Assembly: GCF_009834535.1 (NCBI RefSeq)
Contig: NC_045696.1
Span: forward strand, 18,230,001-18,294,000
DNA: 64,000 bases
Direction: 5' to 3'
DNA from: Camelus ferus
Taxonomy: Eukaryota
Part shown: positions 63,460 to 64,000 of the stretch, piece by piece
Layout: every line of letters begins with the position of its first letter
Numbering within the stretch: the stretch's first letter is position 1
Program-made: the position numbers and the translations under genes
The notes under the pieces: model-generated
Databases searched by the model: none
What the model was told of the DNA's origin: nothing
Seen by the model: the letters and a program-made list of their open reading frames with translations, nothing else

Positions 63460-64000
63460 TTAATCCCTTTCAGAATGTCCAGAGTCCTTCCCGCCTCCAC
63501 TGACTCTACCAGCCTGGCCCATGTCACCTGGAATCACTGTAATATCTGTCTAATTGATCTCCCTGCTTTCGTCCATGGGTCTCTTCAGTCCGTCTTTAAT
63601 CCAGTGTCCAGAGGTCTTGTGTAAGTCAGATATGACCAAGCTTCTGATCAAAGTGTTCCCGTAGGTTGTTTTTTTTCTGCAAGGAAACCAGTTGTTGCAA
63701 TAGCAAACCACATTCTTAGTTTCACATGGTCTCTCAGTCTCTTCCCGACTTCAGCACCTGCTACCGTCCTTAGAAACCTGCTCCAGCCATACTGTTCACC
63801 ATTCTCGCTCAGTTACTCACATGAGGGTCTAGGCACATTCCCACAACAGGACCCCTACGACTCTTACGTCCTCTGCCTGGGAGGCCCTTCCTCAGGTATT
63901 TCCTTGGTTTGCTCCCTTGTTTCAGAAAGATCATTCCTAACTCCCTCATTAAAATGTCCACTCTTGAGCCCCCCAAACTTCCAACTCCAATTCTTGGCTT
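63460..64000 (+). mobile_element. L2 fragment, runs off the window end
   Basis: tgtcacctggaatcactgtaatatctgtctaattgatctccctgc..gtcctctgcctgggaggcccttcc. Confidence 0.7.

Noticed and set aside
1..64000. Inferring host-gene strand from repeat orientation
   Set aside because: Minus-strand L1/LTR copies outnumber plus-strand ones only moderately by my rough tally, too weak to show the window is intronic

Overview
AT-rich, CpG-depleted mammalian genomic DNA, intergenic or deep intronic; not prokaryotic. I can support no protein-coding gene, RNA gene or CRISPR array. All listed ORFs look like chance ORFs or fragments of decayed L1/LTR elements; only 6945..7313(-) has a recognisable protein signature (L1 ORF2). 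The window is a mosaic of ancient repeats (MIR, L2, L1M, MaLR/MLT1, ERVL LTRs, Tigger1, MER53) with younger insertions on top. The young L1 3' ends, a Vic-1-like SINE tail and the absence of Alu, Bov-tA/BovB, PRE1 and SINEC point to a camelid (inference). Most notable: a four-level nested retroelement stack (11.0-16.5 kb) with an unidentified poly(A)-tailed mRNA retrocopy at its core; a degenerate 34-bp minisatellite with 68-bp dimeric structure; a young 808-bp solo LTR with a perfect 6-bp TSD; a ~98-nt AT-rich hairpin; and two splice-signal configurations (a recursive-splice-like AG|GTAAG site and a 36-nt micro-exon candidate). Repeat family names come from my recall of consensus sequences, not a search, and boundaries of old repeats are approximate. 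I found no convincing novel biological system.
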